Positions 8,469-19,671 of a stretch of DNA of 64,000 nt are shown piece after piece; position 1 is the first letter of the stretch; every line of letters starts with the position of its first letter. The stretch spans positions 2,400,001 through 2,464,000 of the forward strand of contig OY760907.1 in assembly GCA_963664195.1 (NCBI GenBank). Direction: 5' to 3'. The notes below the pieces were generated by a model. It searched no databases and was not told where the DNA came from. It saw nothing but the letters and a program-made list of their open reading frames with translations. The DNA comes from an uncultured candidate division Zixibacteria bacterium. GTDB lineage: Bacteria; Zixibacteria; MSB-5A5; GN15; FEB-12. The translations under genes were made by a program, and so were the position numbers.

Positions 8469-9014
8469 TCAGTCGAACGAAGTGTGTCCGGCGATAATGC
8501 GTTCGGCCTCGACTACTTCCGGAGGATCGGGCGGCACTTCGACCGGACCGAAATCGATTATCGTGATCGTATCCATGGCGTAAGTCAGCGTTGAATCATC
8601 AAGAAAGATGCGCAAGGAACCGTCGACAATATCGTAGCACTGATCCCATGCTCGATTCAGGAAGTGATATTCCAGCGCCTCACCGTCATCAAACCAGACG
8701 CGAAGCACCTGTTTCACCCGACGAGGCCCCTTCGGAAGCAGACCACAAATAGGGCAGATATCGTCGATGCTTGACCGGCAAACCATCCGACGGAGTATGT
8801 GCCCTGACAGCGTTGTGTACAGCTTGGCCAGCCGACTGTGCTGACAGTGCAAGGGTTGTGTGTGAGGCACAGGGATTCGCTCGTACCGATCGACGCGTTG
8901 GGTCTCTGGAAGCTTCCTTTCAGAGACACGCTTAGGCGTGAGGCGTCTTCTCAGCCGTGCCCACCATGATCCGGTTCGTGTTGGTTCGAGACTTTGTTTA
9001 CGGTGCTGGTTCAC
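8469..9014 (-). CDS. Hypothetical protein with possible Cys/His metal-binding cluster (CQH...CPICG)
   Basis: 181-aa ORF that fills the gap between operons, with a GAGG-like RBS before the GTG. No family recognised. Confidence 0.5.
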   Translation of the reverse strand: MNQHRKQSLEPTRTGSWWARLRRRLTPKRVSERKLPETQRVDRYERIPVPHTQPLHCQHSRLAKLYTTLSGHILRRMVCRSSIDDICPICGLLPKGPRRVKQVLRVWFDDGEALEYHFLNRAWDQCYDIVDGSLRIFLDDSTLTYAMDTITIIDFGPVEVPPDPPEVVEAERIIAGHTSFD

Positions 9015-9143
9015 TGTCCCTCAACCGCTGCCATGAGCGAAATGCAAGTAGCCTGATTACCCCGAGATTACATCATTATGTCGCGTGACGCAAGCGAATC
9101 CGGCAGAGCGACATCACTTTCACAGGAAGTGTCGATGCCGCAA

Positions 9144-10310
9144 TTACTTGGCGCGGAGCGCATCGAGGATTTTCAACCGCGAGGCACGCACGGCAGGCAG
9201 GAAGCCGCCTATCAGGCCCATTGCAATCGCAAATACGAATGCGAATCCCGCGATTTTGGGAGACATCTGAAACGAGAACGAAATCTCGGCAAATGTGTCG
9301 AAATTCGTTGTGGACACTTCCTTCAGACTCAAGATGTTGGCTATCACAATGCCGGCGACGCCGCCTGATAGGGCGATAATCATAGATTCTACGAGAAATG
9401 CCATCAGTATCGAAATGCGGCCGAATCCAAGCGCGCGGAGTGTCCCGATTTCGCGCGTCCGGTTGGCCACGGCCGCGTACATTGTTATCATAGCGCCTAC
9501 AATTGCGCCGAGGGAAAAAACAGTCGAGATCAGATTGCCAAGGATAGTTATGAACGTCGTGAACGTTTGCGATTGACTGCGATAGTACTCTTTTTCGCGC
9601 ATGGCCGTCACGGTGAGACGACGGTCCCCCTCCAGGCGCTCTTTCATCGAGTCGTAATCCGCACGATCCTTCAGCCTCATGGTCAGCGAGGAATACACCG
9701 GCCGTCGTTCGAAGGCATCCAACAGCAAGTCAATATCCCCCCAGATCTCCGATTCAAACCCGGCCCCATCCGCTTCCATGATTCCGACCACGGTCCAGTC
9801 TTGCATGCCGAATCGGACCGTTTCACCAAGTCCGCAGCCATCGAACCGTTCGGCCAGTTTCTTGCCCGCTACGATCTCCGAGGTTCCAGGCTGCCACATA
9901 CGGCCTTCGGCCAGTTTGATCTGTGGTCGCAGTTTCAGCGACATGTCGCTTACACCCCTGACCGTGACATTGCTCGGTTCGCCGGAGGAACGCTTGGGGC
10001 GTGAGATTAAGACAACCACTTCGGCGGTGAACATCGGTGCCCCGTCTGCATCCACGGCTATGGCCGGATCTGCCTTGACGATATCCGCCTGGTCACCCCA
10101 GACGATGGAAACGAGTTCCGTGCTGGCGGATTGCCGCAATACTATCACGTTGTCGTCGCTGCCGGTATCGACCAGCGCCTGAGTCAGGCCGTTGGATAAC
10201 ATGAACACCGCACAGAATACGAATACGACCAGGGCGATACCGCTGACCGTCAGGGCGAAGGTCAGCTTGCGGGCAAAACTGTTCTTTATCGAATACCAGA
10301 GTAGTCTCAT
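9144..10310 (-). CDS. ABC transporter permease (MacB/FtsX family)
   Basis: One TM, a periplasmic domain, then three TMs. Motif RTREIGTLRALGF. Confidence 0.92.
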   Translation of the reverse strand: MRLLWYSIKNSFARKLTFALTVSGIALVVFVFCAVFMLSNGLTQALVDTGSDDNVIVLRQSASTELVSIVWGDQADIVKADPAIAVDADGAPMFTAEVVVLISRPKRSSGEPSNVTVRGVSDMSLKLRPQIKLAEGRMWQPGTSEIVAGKKLAERFDGCGLGETVRFGMQDWTVVGIMEADGAGFESEIWGDIDLLLDAFERRPVYSSLTMRLKDRADYDSMKERLEGDRRLTVTAMREKEYYRSQSQTFTTFITILGNLISTVFSLGAIVGAMITMYAAVANRTREIGTLRALGFGRISILMAFLVESMIIALSGGVAGIVIANILSLKEVSTTNFDTFAEISFSFQMSPKIAGFAFVFAIAMGLIGGFLPAVRASRLKILDALRAK

Positions 10311-10320
10311 TCAAGCACCT

Positions 10321-11478
10321 TCAGTCAATCGGCCTCAGGCCGTCCACTATCGAAGTTCTTACCGCCCGTACAGAGGGGAAGACGGCCGCCAGCAGTCCGA
10401 CAATGGTTGCTGAGGTCATGCCGAGAGCAAGAGTTAGCTGAGTCAGGGGTACCTTTGGCAGGAAGTTTTCAACGCCCGCTTCCAGCAACGGGACCGTCAA
10501 GAACGCCAGCGCCAGACCTATCGCGCCTCCGAGCACTGCTATCATCATCGACTCACCATAGACCAGCCCGATAATGTGCACAGGACGAAATCCGAGCGTC
10601 TTGAGCATCGCATACTCGTTGACCCGTTCTCTGGCTGCCATTGCCAGCGTGTTGGCCATCACCAGCATGATAATCCCGATCACCATGAAGGAGACAATAC
10701 GCAGTCCCATTATGATCTGGCTGGACATCGAAATGAACTCGAGAACAAACTCCTCTTCGGTCTGTGTCTTGGTCTCTGCCAGCGAGTTCACGAAGAGGTC
10801 GTCGATGCGCTCGGCAACTGCTGCATGCTGCGTCGGGTCTTCGATCTTGATCACCATCCAGCCGATCCTGCCTGCGCGACCGGGCGTTTCGGCTTTCATC
10901 CGTTCGTCGAGATAATCCCACCGGAAGAACCAGGTTGACTCGTCGGTGTTTTCCTTTGCGCCGGTGTAGATTCCCCGAATGACAAAATCCCAGTCGCCGG
11001 GATAGATGTCCCCGACAATCCGCACCGCATCACCGACCTTCCAGCCGAACCTGTCGGCCAGTTGTCTGCCTACGATTGCCGCGTTTCGTTCGGTCTGAAA
11101 TGCCTTCCACTGGTCGTCGGGGACGAGAAACTCAGGGTAAAGCTCAAAATACGTCTCTTGATCGATGGCCATTTTGGGAAAGAAGTTCCGTTTGTCGACA
11201 TACACGCCGCCAAACCAGTTGGCGTACGACACTGCCTCTACGCCTTCGACTCCCGCCACTTTGTTTACGTACGACAGCGGGAAATCAAACATGATGTTCA
11301 CCGCGTTTCGAGCTATCAGCCTATCCGGCGCGGAAGCCTCGGTCTGAAGATACCAAGCGTCGATGGCACTCCGAATGACGCAAAAGGCCGTGACGGCAAT
11401 TGCCACGCCAAGGATGGTGAGCATTGTGCGCAGCGAGTGGCGCATTGAGTTGCGAAATATGAGCTTAAGAATCTTCAC
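10321..11478 (-). CDS. ABC transporter permease (MacB/FtsX family)
   Basis: Motifs [13 protein letters not shown] and [15 protein letters not shown]. Same topology as its neighbour. Confidence 0.92.
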   Translation of the reverse strand: MKILKLIFRNSMRHSLRTMLTILGVAIAVTAFCVIRSAIDAWYLQTEASAPDRLIARNAVNIMFDFPLSYVNKVAGVEGVEAVSYANWFGGVYVDKRNFFPKMAIDQETYFELYPEFLVPDDQWKAFQTERNAAIVGRQLADRFGWKVGDAVRIVGDIYPGDWDFVIRGIYTGAKENTDESTWFFRWDYLDERMKAETPGRAGRIGWMVIKIEDPTQHAAVAERIDDLFVNSLAETKTQTEEEFVLEFISMSSQIIMGLRIVSFMVIGIIMLVMANTLAMAARERVNEYAMLKTLGFRPVHIIGLVYGESMMIAVLGGAIGLALAFLTVPLLEAGVENFLPKVPLTQLTLALGMTSATIVGLLAAVFPSVRAVRTSIVDGLRPID

Positions 11479-12154
11479 CGTTGACCAGTTCTCCCTTGTC
11501 GAGGTGGCGGATCAGGTGCGCTTTCTCAGCCGCCCGCGGATCATGCGTGACCATGACGATGGTTTTCCCGAACTCTTCGTTGAGCCGTGACAACAAATCC
11601 ATGATGTCGGCCGCCGACTGTCTGTCCAGATCGCCGGTCGGCTCATCGGCGAGGATCAAATCGGGATCGGTCACCACTGCCCTTGCGATTGCCACCCGTT
11701 GTTCCTGGCCGCCGGAGAGCTGATTCGGATAGTGATCCATGCGGTCCGCCAGCCCCACGATACTGAGTGCCGTTTCGACCTGCTGTCTACGTTCCTTCTT
11801 GTTCAGACGAGTGAGAAGCAGGGGGAGTTCTACGTTTTCAAACGCATTAAGGACCGGCATCAGGTTGTAGAACTGAAACACAAACCCTACGTGCGCACTT
11901 CGCCAGCGCGCCAGTTCCGCCTCGGTCATTTCGGATACGTTGTGCCCGCCTACAATGACTTTTCCGGCCGAGGGGCGGTCTATCCCTGCCAGCAGATTCA
12001 GGAGCGTCGTTTTGCCGGAACCCGAAGGTCCCATCAGAGCCTGAAACTCACCTTCGGGGATGTTAAGATTGATGTCTCTCAGGACCGGGATTTCAAGCCG
12101 GTCGCGATAGTACGATTTGTCAACCTGTTGCACTTGAACCATGTCTTTCGCCAT
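11465..12154 (-). CDS. ABC transporter ATP-binding protein (LolD/MacB-like)
   Basis: Walker A GPSGSGKT, signature LSGGQEQR, Walker B ILADEPTG, and VTHD. Confidence 0.95.
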   Translation of the reverse strand: MAKDMVQVQQVDKSYYRDRLEIPVLRDINLNIPEGEFQALMGPSGSGKTTLLNLLAGIDRPSAGKVIVGGHNVSEMTEAELARWRSAHVGFVFQFYNLMPVLNAFENVELPLLLTRLNKKERRQQVETALSIVGLADRMDHYPNQLSGGQEQRVAIARAVVTDPDLILADEPTGDLDRQSAADIMDLLSRLNEEFGKTIVMVTHDPRAAEKAHLIRHLDKGELVNGEDS

Positions 12155-12170
12155 ATCTTATGCGATGCTC

Positions 12171-13361
12171 CTATTTGGATCTCTCGATTTTCTGCCCCGA
12201 CTCCATCTTGCCGGGAGGGGAGACGACGACTTCATTACCGTCCTCAAGACCGCTGAGCACTTCGGTTACAGAACCGAGTTTGCGCCCGATCTCAATCGAT
12301 ACCGCGCTGACGTATTCACCTTCGACACGAAACACAATCTTGTGGCCGTCCCGATTGGTGATCGCGTTGTTCGGTACGACCAGAGCTTCAATCTCTTCTG
12401 CCTTTTCTTTTCCTGCAAGGAAGAAATTGATTCTTGCGGACATCTCCGGCAGAACGCGCTCGTCTATGTTGTCAAAGGCAATCTTGGTGAGTACGGTGGC
12501 GCGGGCGCGGTCGGCTGTGGGAACGATCTTCTTCACATATCCCTGATAGGGGAAGCCAGAGTATGCATCCAGAATGATCTCACACCGTTGCCCCACGGAG
12601 ACTTTGTATATGTACGCTTCGGAAACATCAGCCTCGACTTCGAGTGAGGCCATGTCAGCCATGGTGACTACCGAGCCTTTTGACGACGACGACGAAGCAA
12701 ACGGTGCCACGACCTCGCCGACATCGGCGTTTTTCGTCAGGATGGTTCCGTCGAACGGCGCCCGCACGTACGTGTTTTCGAGGTTCACTTCCTGGACTCG
12801 AACGTTTGCCTGTGCCGCTTGGGCGAGCGCGAGCGCATTCATGTAAGCTGCTTCCGCGTTCTCCAGTATGACATCGGTGATCCCACCCGAACGGAACAGG
12901 TCCTGTTGTCTGCGATACTGCCGCCCGGCATTCAGCGTGTCCACCTCGGTTTGCCGCAACTGCGCCTTGGCGACCTCAAGTGCCGCCTGTATGTCATCGT
13001 TGTCGATTTGTGCTATGATCTCCCCGGAAGAAACCCTGTCGCCCTCCTCGAATCCGAGATACACCAGGCGTCCCGTGCCTTTCGACGCCACTTCCGCTTT
13101 TCGCTGAGCCACCACATAGCCGGTGGCCACAAGCTCGGCGGCAGCATCGGAACCGCGCAGCATCTGCGCACGAGCGGTGCGAACGGAGGTTGCTGAGGCA
13201 ACGGATTCCTTGAATTGCGTATAGGCAATGACGACTACGATTGCTGCTACGATGCCAATCAGCCACCAGAGCCACTTCTTGCTGCGCGGGCGGTCCTGAT
13301 ATTTCTTGGTTTTGTCGATGCGCAATGAGGAAATATCTGTTCTGTTGTTCTGTTCATTCAT
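12171..13361 (-). CDS. Efflux RND/MacA-type periplasmic adaptor (membrane fusion protein)
   Basis: N-terminal TM, ATGYV, lipoyl-like halves (EEGDRV; VRAPFDG) flanking a coiled coil, and GLEDGNEVV. Confidence 0.92.
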   Translation of the reverse strand: MNEQNNRTDISSLRIDKTKKYQDRPRSKKWLWWLIGIVAAIVVVIAYTQFKESVASATSVRTARAQMLRGSDAAAELVATGYVVAQRKAEVASKGTGRLVYLGFEEGDRVSSGEIIAQIDNDDIQAALEVAKAQLRQTEVDTLNAGRQYRRQQDLFRSGGITDVILENAEAAYMNALALAQAAQANVRVQEVNLENTYVRAPFDGTILTKNADVGEVVAPFASSSSSKGSVVTMADMASLEVEADVSEAYIYKVSVGQRCEIILDAYSGFPYQGYVKKIVPTADRARATVLTKIAFDNIDERVLPEMSARINFFLAGKEKAEEIEALVVPNNAITNRDGHKIVFRVEGEYVSAVSIEIGRKLGSVTEVLSGLEDGNEVVVSPPGKMESGQKIERSK

Positions 13362-13624
13362 ATTAGGTCTCTGCGTGCAATGCTGGTCGGATTCAGCGAG
13401 TGGCCACTGGTGCTTGTGTGCCGATTACACTTAGGCTCAAGAACAAGTCGGGGGCCTAATGGTTCTTGCGGATTTGTGCTATCGACACCGGGGCCGCTCT
13501 TTCTGTGCCCCATTTACCCGGCCAATATTGTCAGGTAACGAATGTTGAGCAAGTGAAAAACAGGTTAAGGGGATCACATCCGGAGGGTGAGAAACCCGGG
13601 AGGTGAGAGTCAATCAAGTTGCGG

Positions 13625-13666
13625 CTTTTGTAGATCAGGTCTGTCTTCAGACCTGATCTACAAAAG
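13625..13666. repeat. Perfect 19-bp inverted repeat (possible terminator or REP-derived hairpin) downstream of suf operon
   Basis: CTTTTGTAGATCAGGTCTG-TCTT-CAGACCTGATCTACAAAAG. Confidence 0.8.
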
Positions 13667-13679
13667 ACTGTCCGGCCAT

Positions 13680-13707
13680 TGTCAAAACCGCAGGGTTTTT
13701 GACCTAC
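13680..13707 (-). repeat. GTAG-type REP-like palindrome, copy 1
   Basis: Minus strand GTAGGTCAAAAACCCTGCGGTTTTGACA, differing by one base from 32145-32172. Confidence 0.75.
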
Positions 13708-13712
13708 AATCC

Positions 13713-14036
13713 CTACCAGATGCCGAGTTGGTCTTTGGCCAGATCGGAGGCCATTTCCTTGGGATCCCAGGGCGGGTCCCAAACCATGATGACCTCGACC
13801 TTTTTCACTCCCTCGACTTTTTCCGCCGCCTTGTGCACCATGGCGATTAGCATCTCCCCGAAAGGACAGGCGGGAGTAGTCAGGGTCAGTTTGACTTTGA
13901 TCTCGTTATCGTCGTTGACATCCACGTCATAAACCAAACCGAGATCGACGATGCCAATTCGGATTTCCGGGTCCTGTATCGGTTTCAGGGCCTCCATGAC
14001 GGCCTCTTTCATATCTGTCTTGTTTGCATCTGTCAT
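13713..14036 (-). CDS. sufT: DUF59/SufT metal-sulfur cluster assembly factor
   Basis: DPE...IVDLGLVY...TLTTPACP...WDPPW; last gene of the suf cluster. Confidence 0.9.
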   Translation of the reverse strand: MTDANKTDMKEAVMEALKPIQDPEIRIGIVDLGLVYDVDVNDDNEIKVKLTLTTPACPFGEMLIAMVHKAAEKVEGVKKVEVIMVWDPPWDPKEMASDLAKDQLGIW

Positions 14037-14041
14037 GGCTG

Positions 14042-14521
14042 CTACTCCGGATCCTCGGTTGACACGGTGGTTCTTTCGTTGCTGTCGCCGTCTTTGTACT
14101 TCTTCATCCCTTCAACCAGTGTCACCCAAGCCAGCAGGGCACACTTAATTCGCACCGGGAACTGACGGACACCCTGCAGGGCTTCAAGGTCTTCGAATTC
14201 CTCGGGGACCTCATCGGATTCCCCTTTGAGCATCTTCTTGACCGTCTCGGCAAGCTGTTGCACTTCCTCGAACGATTTGCCTTTTACGGCTTCCGCCAGC
14301 ATGGATCCCGACGCTACCGAGATCGCGCAGCCTTTGCAGTTTACGTGGACGTTTTCGAGGATACCGTCTTTCATCTGGACATCGACCTCGATTTCATCGC
14401 CGCACGACGGGTTCATACCGTCGGATTTGATGTCAGCTTTCTCCAGCGGTTTGGAGCCGCGCGGGGCGCGGTAATGGTCGAGAATAATCTCGCGATACAT
14501 GTCGTCAAGTGAAGAGCTCAT
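14042..14521 (-). CDS. sufU: SUF system NifU-family scaffold/sulfur transfer protein
   Basis: YREIILDHY, NPSCGD, GCAISVASGS, RIKCALL. Confidence 0.93.
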   Translation of the reverse strand: MSSSLDDMYREIILDHYRAPRGSKPLEKADIKSDGMNPSCGDEIEVDVQMKDGILENVHVNCKGCAISVASGSMLAEAVKGKSFEEVQQLAETVKKMLKGESDEVPEEFEDLEALQGVRQFPVRIKCALLAWVTLVEGMKKYKDGDSNERTTVSTEDPE

Positions 14522-15813
14522 ACGCCGAAATACTTTCTCATCTCAATGAGTGCGGCCACAAGGGCGTCAATATCAGATTCATCGTTATAAACGTACAGGG
14601 AGGCACGGGCCGTAGCAACTTTGCCCAGAATTCTTAGTAGTGGTTGTGCGCAATGATGTCCGGCGCGAACCGCAATACCCCGTGAATCCAGGAAAGTGCC
14701 GATGTCGTGCGGGTGGATTGTCGGATCGGTGAAGGAAATCGCGCCACCGCGAGTCTCGACATCCTGCGGCCCTTGAATCTCAAGTCCGGGCAGCTCGGTC
14801 ATGCGTCTGATGGCGTACGCGGTCAGGTTCTTCTCGTGTCGGTGAATATTGTCCATGCCGAGCTTTTCGAGATACGTCAGGGCGGCATCAAACGCCACCA
14901 CATCGGCGATATTCGGTGTACCCGCCTCGAACTTATGAGGCAACTCGGCCCACGTGACCTTGTCGAACCGGACCTCACGGATCATCTCGCCACCCACGTT
15001 ATACGGAGGCATTTCTTCGAGAAGCTCACGACGGCCGTACAGAACACCCACCCCGGTCGGGCCGAGCATCTTGTGTGATGAGAAGACGTAGAAATCTACG
15101 CCGAGATCTTTCACATCCACGGGCATGTGCGGCGCGGCCTGGGCGCCATCAGCAACAACAACTGCGCCGAACTTCTTCGCTTTGGCTGTCAGTTCCTTCA
15201 CCGGGTTCACTGTTCCCAGCACGTTGGACATATGCGTCAGTGCAAGGATTTTAGTCTTCGGGCCGATTATCTCGTCTATGTTGCTCAGGTCCAGATGGCC
15301 GCACACGGTGATCGGAATACGCTTCAGAACGGCGTTCTTGCGCTTGGCCAGCATGAACCAGGGTATCAGGTTGGCGTGGTGTTCCATCTCGGTGATGACG
15401 ATTTCGTCACCTTCCCTGATGCTCGTCTCACCGTAAGTATTGGCTACAAGATTCAGCGCCTCGGTCGTGCCGGCCGTGAAGATGATCTCCTTTGGACTGA
15501 CTCCACCAATGAACCGCGCCACATGTTCACGGGTCCTTTCATAGGCTTCGGTCGCCCGCCCGGCCAGCGTGTGCATCCCGCGATGGATATTGGCATGGTC
15601 GTTCCGGTAGTATTCCAGCAGGGCGTTGATAACCTCTCGTGGCTTCTGCGAGGAGGCCGCGCTGTCGAGGTACACCAGCTTGTAACCGTTGACTTTCTGG
15701 TCTAGCACCGGAAAGTCAGCCTTGATTGTTTCGACGATCAGCCCCGAGGGTGCGTTATCAACAGACAACGCGCTTTTCTGTATGTCTGAATCCATGTGTA
15801 TTCTCTGGTTCAT
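14518..15813 (-). CDS. sufS: Cysteine desulfurase
   Basis: YLDSAASSQKP, EHHAN, SSHKMLGPTG (PLP Lys), RAGHHCAQPL. Confidence 0.96.
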   Translation of the reverse strand: MNQRIHMDSDIQKSALSVDNAPSGLIVETIKADFPVLDQKVNGYKLVYLDSAASSQKPREVINALLEYYRNDHANIHRGMHTLAGRATEAYERTREHVARFIGGVSPKEIIFTAGTTEALNLVANTYGETSIREGDEIVITEMEHHANLIPWFMLAKRKNAVLKRIPITVCGHLDLSNIDEIIGPKTKILALTHMSNVLGTVNPVKELTAKAKKFGAVVVADGAQAAPHMPVDVKDLGVDFYVFSSHKMLGPTGVGVLYGRRELLEEMPPYNVGGEMIREVRFDKVTWAELPHKFEAGTPNIADVVAFDAALTYLEKLGMDNIHRHEKNLTAYAIRRMTELPGLEIQGPQDVETRGGAISFTDPTIHPHDIGTFLDSRGIAVRAGHHCAQPLLRILGKVATARASLYVYNDESDIDALVAALIEMRKYFGV

Positions 15814-15827
15814 CAGGTCCGTAAATC

Positions 15828-16142
15828 CTAGTCTTCGATTTTAACGAAGACATCGCCTTCTTCGACTTTCACTTCATAACTGTCGATCGGTACGATCGCG
15901 GGTGGAGCGGTCACCGCACCTGTCCTGAGATCAAACCTCGCACCATGGCGAGTGCACATAATATCGTTGCCCCGCAGTTTGCCGTCGGATATTGGTGCGG
16001 AGTCATGCGTGCACTCATCGGCTACTGCGAAAAAACCGTCGTCGGTGTGCGCCAGAACAACGCGGTCGTATCCCACTTCGAAAGCCTTTATCATGCCCAG
16101 CGGGATATCATCAGTTCGAGCGACTTTCACGAAGTCGGTCAT
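15828..16142 (-). CDS. Rieske-type [2Fe-2S] ferredoxin
   Basis: CTH...CTRHGARFD Rieske motifs, located inside the suf operon. Confidence 0.9.
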   Translation of the reverse strand: MTDFVKVARTDDIPLGMIKAFEVGYDRVVLAHTDDGFFAVADECTHDSAPISDGKLRGNDIMCTRHGARFDLRTGAVTAPPAIVPIDSYEVKVEEGDVFVKIED

Positions 16143-16144
16143 GC

Positions 16145-17464
16145 CTACTTGTCCTCCAGTCGTCCGGCTACGAATTCGGAGATTCTCACTCTCAAATCCT
16201 CCGGGACCTTGTTGAGAGTTTTGGCTACAAACCCCGAGACGATCATCCGCTCGGCGGCATCTTTCGGAATGCCGCGACTTGCCAGGAAAAACACCATCTC
16301 CGGGTCAATCGGTCCCACCGTCGCGCCGTGCGAGCAGCTTACGTCCTCGTTCAGGATTTCCAACTCCGGGATACTCTCAGCCTTCGTTCCCTTGTTGAGC
16401 AGGAGATTGCGGTTTTCCTGATAGGCCTCACAGGTTTGCGAGGACTCGTCTATCCTGATCAAACCGGTATAGGCTGAGATCGCCCGGTCACGCAGCACTA
16501 CCTTGAAATCGATATTCGAAAGTGTCTGCCCGGCCGCGTGATGATGAAGGGTGTGGTTGTCGAAATGCTGACGGCCGTTACCAAAGAGTAGTCCGTACAT
16601 ATCGCTCTGGGCACCCTTGCCGTTAAGTATCACGCCGAAATTCTGCTTTGACATCGAGGCCCCAAACACCAGCGGCACAGAGAGCATGTGACCACCCGCT
16701 TCGACCCTGCCGCGATGCGTCAGGTACGAATGCATGGCCGTTCCCTGTCGCTGCAACGACACGTAACGAGTGCGGCTGTTCTCCAGACCGAACACTTCAA
16801 CCGCGCCGTTGGAGTATGCGCCGTTCTTGTCGTCACCGAACGATCCGCCGCCGTATTCGTCGATCAACGTCAGCTCGGCGTTTTCGCCAACTACGACCAG
16901 CAGCCGCGGAAATTGGGCAGAGCCGTTTGATCCGGCTGCGCGAAGCAGGTGGATCGGTTTCTCGACAGTCGTGTTTTCCGGCACGTAGACGAAAACACCG
17001 TCGTTCCACAGCGCCCCGTTCATGGCCTCGAACTTACCCATGTCGTTATTGACCAACTGGTAGAGATACTTCTCCACGAGGTCATAATGCGTCTCCACTG
17101 CCTGTGACAGCGAAGATACGACCACACCCCTGGTCGCTGCGTCATCCAGACCGAAAGCATTGATCTCCCGGCCGAGATTGTCGATCACCAGCCCGGCAAG
17201 ATGTCCGTCGGCAAGATGCTTCTTTTCGATTTCCTCAACCTTGACAAAGCCGTCGTCCACGGTTGTGCTGTCCGAGGACTGCTCGAACATGAACTGCCCC
17301 GGGTCAGTGTATCGCCAGAGGTGCAGACCGCGACGGGGAAGAGGCGCTTCGTTGAAGCTGTCCCGGGAGATTTTGCGTCTGTCACGGAGCCAGCGCGGGC
17401 CGCGCTCAAGTTCCGGCAACACCTCCGGGATCGTATATTCTGAATTGTAATTGTCCGTACTCAT
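16145..17464 (-). CDS. sufD: Fe-S cluster assembly protein SufD
   Basis: WRYT, PELEILNEDVSCSHGATVG, FLASRGI. Confidence 0.93.
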   Translation of the reverse strand: MSTDNYNSEYTIPEVLPELERGPRWLRDRRKISRDSFNEAPLPRRGLHLWRYTDPGQFMFEQSSDSTTVDDGFVKVEEIEKKHLADGHLAGLVIDNLGREINAFGLDDAATRGVVVSSLSQAVETHYDLVEKYLYQLVNNDMGKFEAMNGALWNDGVFVYVPENTTVEKPIHLLRAAGSNGSAQFPRLLVVVGENAELTLIDEYGGGSFGDDKNGAYSNGAVEVFGLENSRTRYVSLQRQGTAMHSYLTHRGRVEAGGHMLSVPLVFGASMSKQNFGVILNGKGAQSDMYGLLFGNGRQHFDNHTLHHHAAGQTLSNIDFKVVLRDRAISAYTGLIRIDESSQTCEAYQENRNLLLNKGTKAESIPELEILNEDVSCSHGATVGPIDPEMVFFLASRGIPKDAAERMIVSGFVAKTLNKVPEDLRVRISEFVAGRLEDK

Positions 17465-18898
17465 TTATCCTACTGAACCTTCCATTTCAAGTTCGATCAA
17501 CCGATTGAGTTCAACCGCGTATTCGAGCGGAAGCTCTTTCGTGAACGGTTCCATGAAGCCGTTGACAATCAACAGCCGCGCGTCGTCTTCAGAAAGCCCG
17601 CGACTGGTCAGATAGAACAACTGTTCCTCGGCCACTTTCGAGACGCGAGCCTCGTGCTCCACCCGTACCTGGTCGTTGTCGATTTCCATCGTCGGGTAGG
17701 TATCGCTGCGGGCTTCGCCGCCGATCAGCAGCGCGTCGCATTCAACCGAGACCTTGCAGTTGGTGGCGTTCTTGTGAACCTTCGCCAGCCCGCGATAGGA
17801 GGCCCGACCGTTGTCCTTGGAGATAGACTTGGAAGTAATCCGCGAGGACGTGTTCGGGGCCGCATGGATCACTTTTGCTCCGGCGTCCTGGTGCTGGTCA
17901 ACGCCGGCAAACGCCACCGAGAGAATCTCGCCGCGAGCACCCTCGCCCAGCAACTGAATACACGGATACTTCATGGTGAGACGGGAGCCGAGGTTGCCGT
18001 CGACCCATTCCACCGTCGCGTTTTTGTATGCCGAGGCGCGCTTGGTCACGAGATTATAGATATTCCGTGACCAGTTCTGGATAGTCGTGTACCGAATCGA
18101 GGCACCTTCCATCGCGATCACTTCTACCACCGCCGAGTGCAGTGAGTCAGTGGAGTATACCGGAGCAGTGCAGCCCTCAATATAATGCACGCGGGCACCC
18201 TTATCGGCGATGATCAGCGTCCGCTCAAACTGTCCCATATTCTCCGCGTTAATGCGGAAATAGGCCTGCAACGGAATCTTTACATCGAGTCCCGGCGGGA
18301 CATAGATGAACGATCCGCCCGACCAGACCGCCGTATTGAGCGCGGAATACTTGTTGTCCGATGACGGTATCACCGAGCCGAAGTACTTCTCAACGATGTC
18401 CGGACGTTCTCTCAGGCCGGAGTCCATATCGAGAAAGACCACGCCCATTTCTTTGAGGTCGTCCCGCATCGAGTGATAAACTACCTCGGATTCATACTGT
18501 GCTGAGACCCCGCCGAGAAAGTTCTTCTCCGCTTCCGGGATGCCGAGCTTATCGAAGGTCTTCTTAATATACTCCGGGACGTCATCCCAGCTCTTCTGCT
18601 GGTTTTCGATCGGTTTCATGAAGTAGTAGATGTTGTCGTAGTCGATCTCACCCAGGAGCTTCGTGTTTCCCCATTTGGGGGTCGGCTTGGAGAGAAATAT
18701 ATCGAGAGCTTCGTGGCGACGGTCAGCCATCCACTGCGGCTCCTTTTTCATCTTCGAAATCATCTGGACGACTTCGTGGTTGATCCCCTTTGCCCCTTTA
18801 TGAAAATAGTCCACCGGATCATGAAACCCGTAGCGGGCAGCGTAATCCTGATTAAGTGTGGACAGATCCTTCTTCTGTTCCTTGGCAGCGTCAGACAT
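17465..18898 (-). CDS. sufB: Fe-S cluster assembly protein SufB
   Basis: [48 protein letters not shown]. Confidence 0.97.
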   Translation of the reverse strand: MSDAAKEQKKDLSTLNQDYAARYGFHDPVDYFHKGAKGINHEVVQMISKMKKEPQWMADRRHEALDIFLSKPTPKWGNTKLLGEIDYDNIYYFMKPIENQQKSWDDVPEYIKKTFDKLGIPEAEKNFLGGVSAQYESEVVYHSMRDDLKEMGVVFLDMDSGLRERPDIVEKYFGSVIPSSDNKYSALNTAVWSGGSFIYVPPGLDVKIPLQAYFRINAENMGQFERTLIIADKGARVHYIEGCTAPVYSTDSLHSAVVEVIAMEGASIRYTTIQNWSRNIYNLVTKRASAYKNATVEWVDGNLGSRLTMKYPCIQLLGEGARGEILSVAFAGVDQHQDAGAKVIHAAPNTSSRITSKSISKDNGRASYRGLAKVHKNATNCKVSVECDALLIGGEARSDTYPTMEIDNDQVRVEHEARVSKVAEEQLFYLTSRGLSEDDARLLIVNGFMEPFTKELPLEYAVELNRLIELEMEGSVG

Positions 18899-18900
18899 AT

Positions 18901-19671
18901 TTACACACCTGCTTTCTGACCGAACGCTTTCTCAACCCATTCGTAGCCCTGGTCCTCAAGCTTGAGTGCGAGTTCCGGGCCGCCGGAGGTCACGAACCGG
19001 CCGTCCATCATGACGTGAACGTAGTCCGGTTTGACGTAGTTGAGCAAACGCTGATAGTGAGTTACCATCAGAATGCCGTTTTCATCGTTGCTGAAACGAT
19101 TGATGCCCTCCGAGACGGTCTTGAGAGCGTCGATGTCAAGGCCCGAATCGGTTTCGTCCAGAATGGCCATCTTCGGATTCAGCATCGACATCTGTAGTAT
19201 TTCAATCCGCTTCTTCTCACCGCCGGAAAAGCCGTCGTTGAGATAACGGGTAGCGAAGGCGGGATCGACGCTGAGCGCTTTCATCTCGGCCTTGAACCGC
19301 TTCCTGAAGTCCGTCATGTCGGCTTCTTTGCCGCGATGTGACTGTAGTGCGGTGCGCATGAAGTTGGCCACGGTCACGCCCGGTATAGCCACCGGGTATT
19401 GGAAGGCGAGGAACATTCCTGCGCGGGAACGTTCGTCGGCAGCCATGTCGAGCAGATTCTGTCCGTCGAGATAAGCCTCGCCGGATGTGACTTCATACAT
19501 GGGATGACCCATCAGGGCATTCGACAGGGAGGATTTCCCCGAGCCGTTGCGTCCCATGATGGCGTGAGTCTCACCCGGTTTGATGGAAAGAGAGACTCCC
19601 TTGACGACTTCCTTGCCCTCTACCGAGACATGTATATTCTTGAATTCTAAGAGAGAATTACTTTCGGTCAT
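18901..19671 (-). CDS. sufC: Fe-S cluster assembly ATPase SufC
   Basis: [37 protein letters not shown]. Confidence 0.97.
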   Translation of the reverse strand: MTESNSLLEFKNIHVSVEGKEVVKGVSLSIKPGETHAIMGRNGSGKSSLSNALMGHPMYEVTSGEAYLDGQNLLDMAADERSRAGMFLAFQYPVAIPGVTVANFMRTALQSHRGKEADMTDFRKRFKAEMKALSVDPAFATRYLNDGFSGGEKKRIEILQMSMLNPKMAILDETDSGLDIDALKTVSEGINRFSNDENGILMVTHYQRLLNYVKPDYVHVMMDGRFVTSGGPELALKLEDQGYEWVEKAFGQKAGV

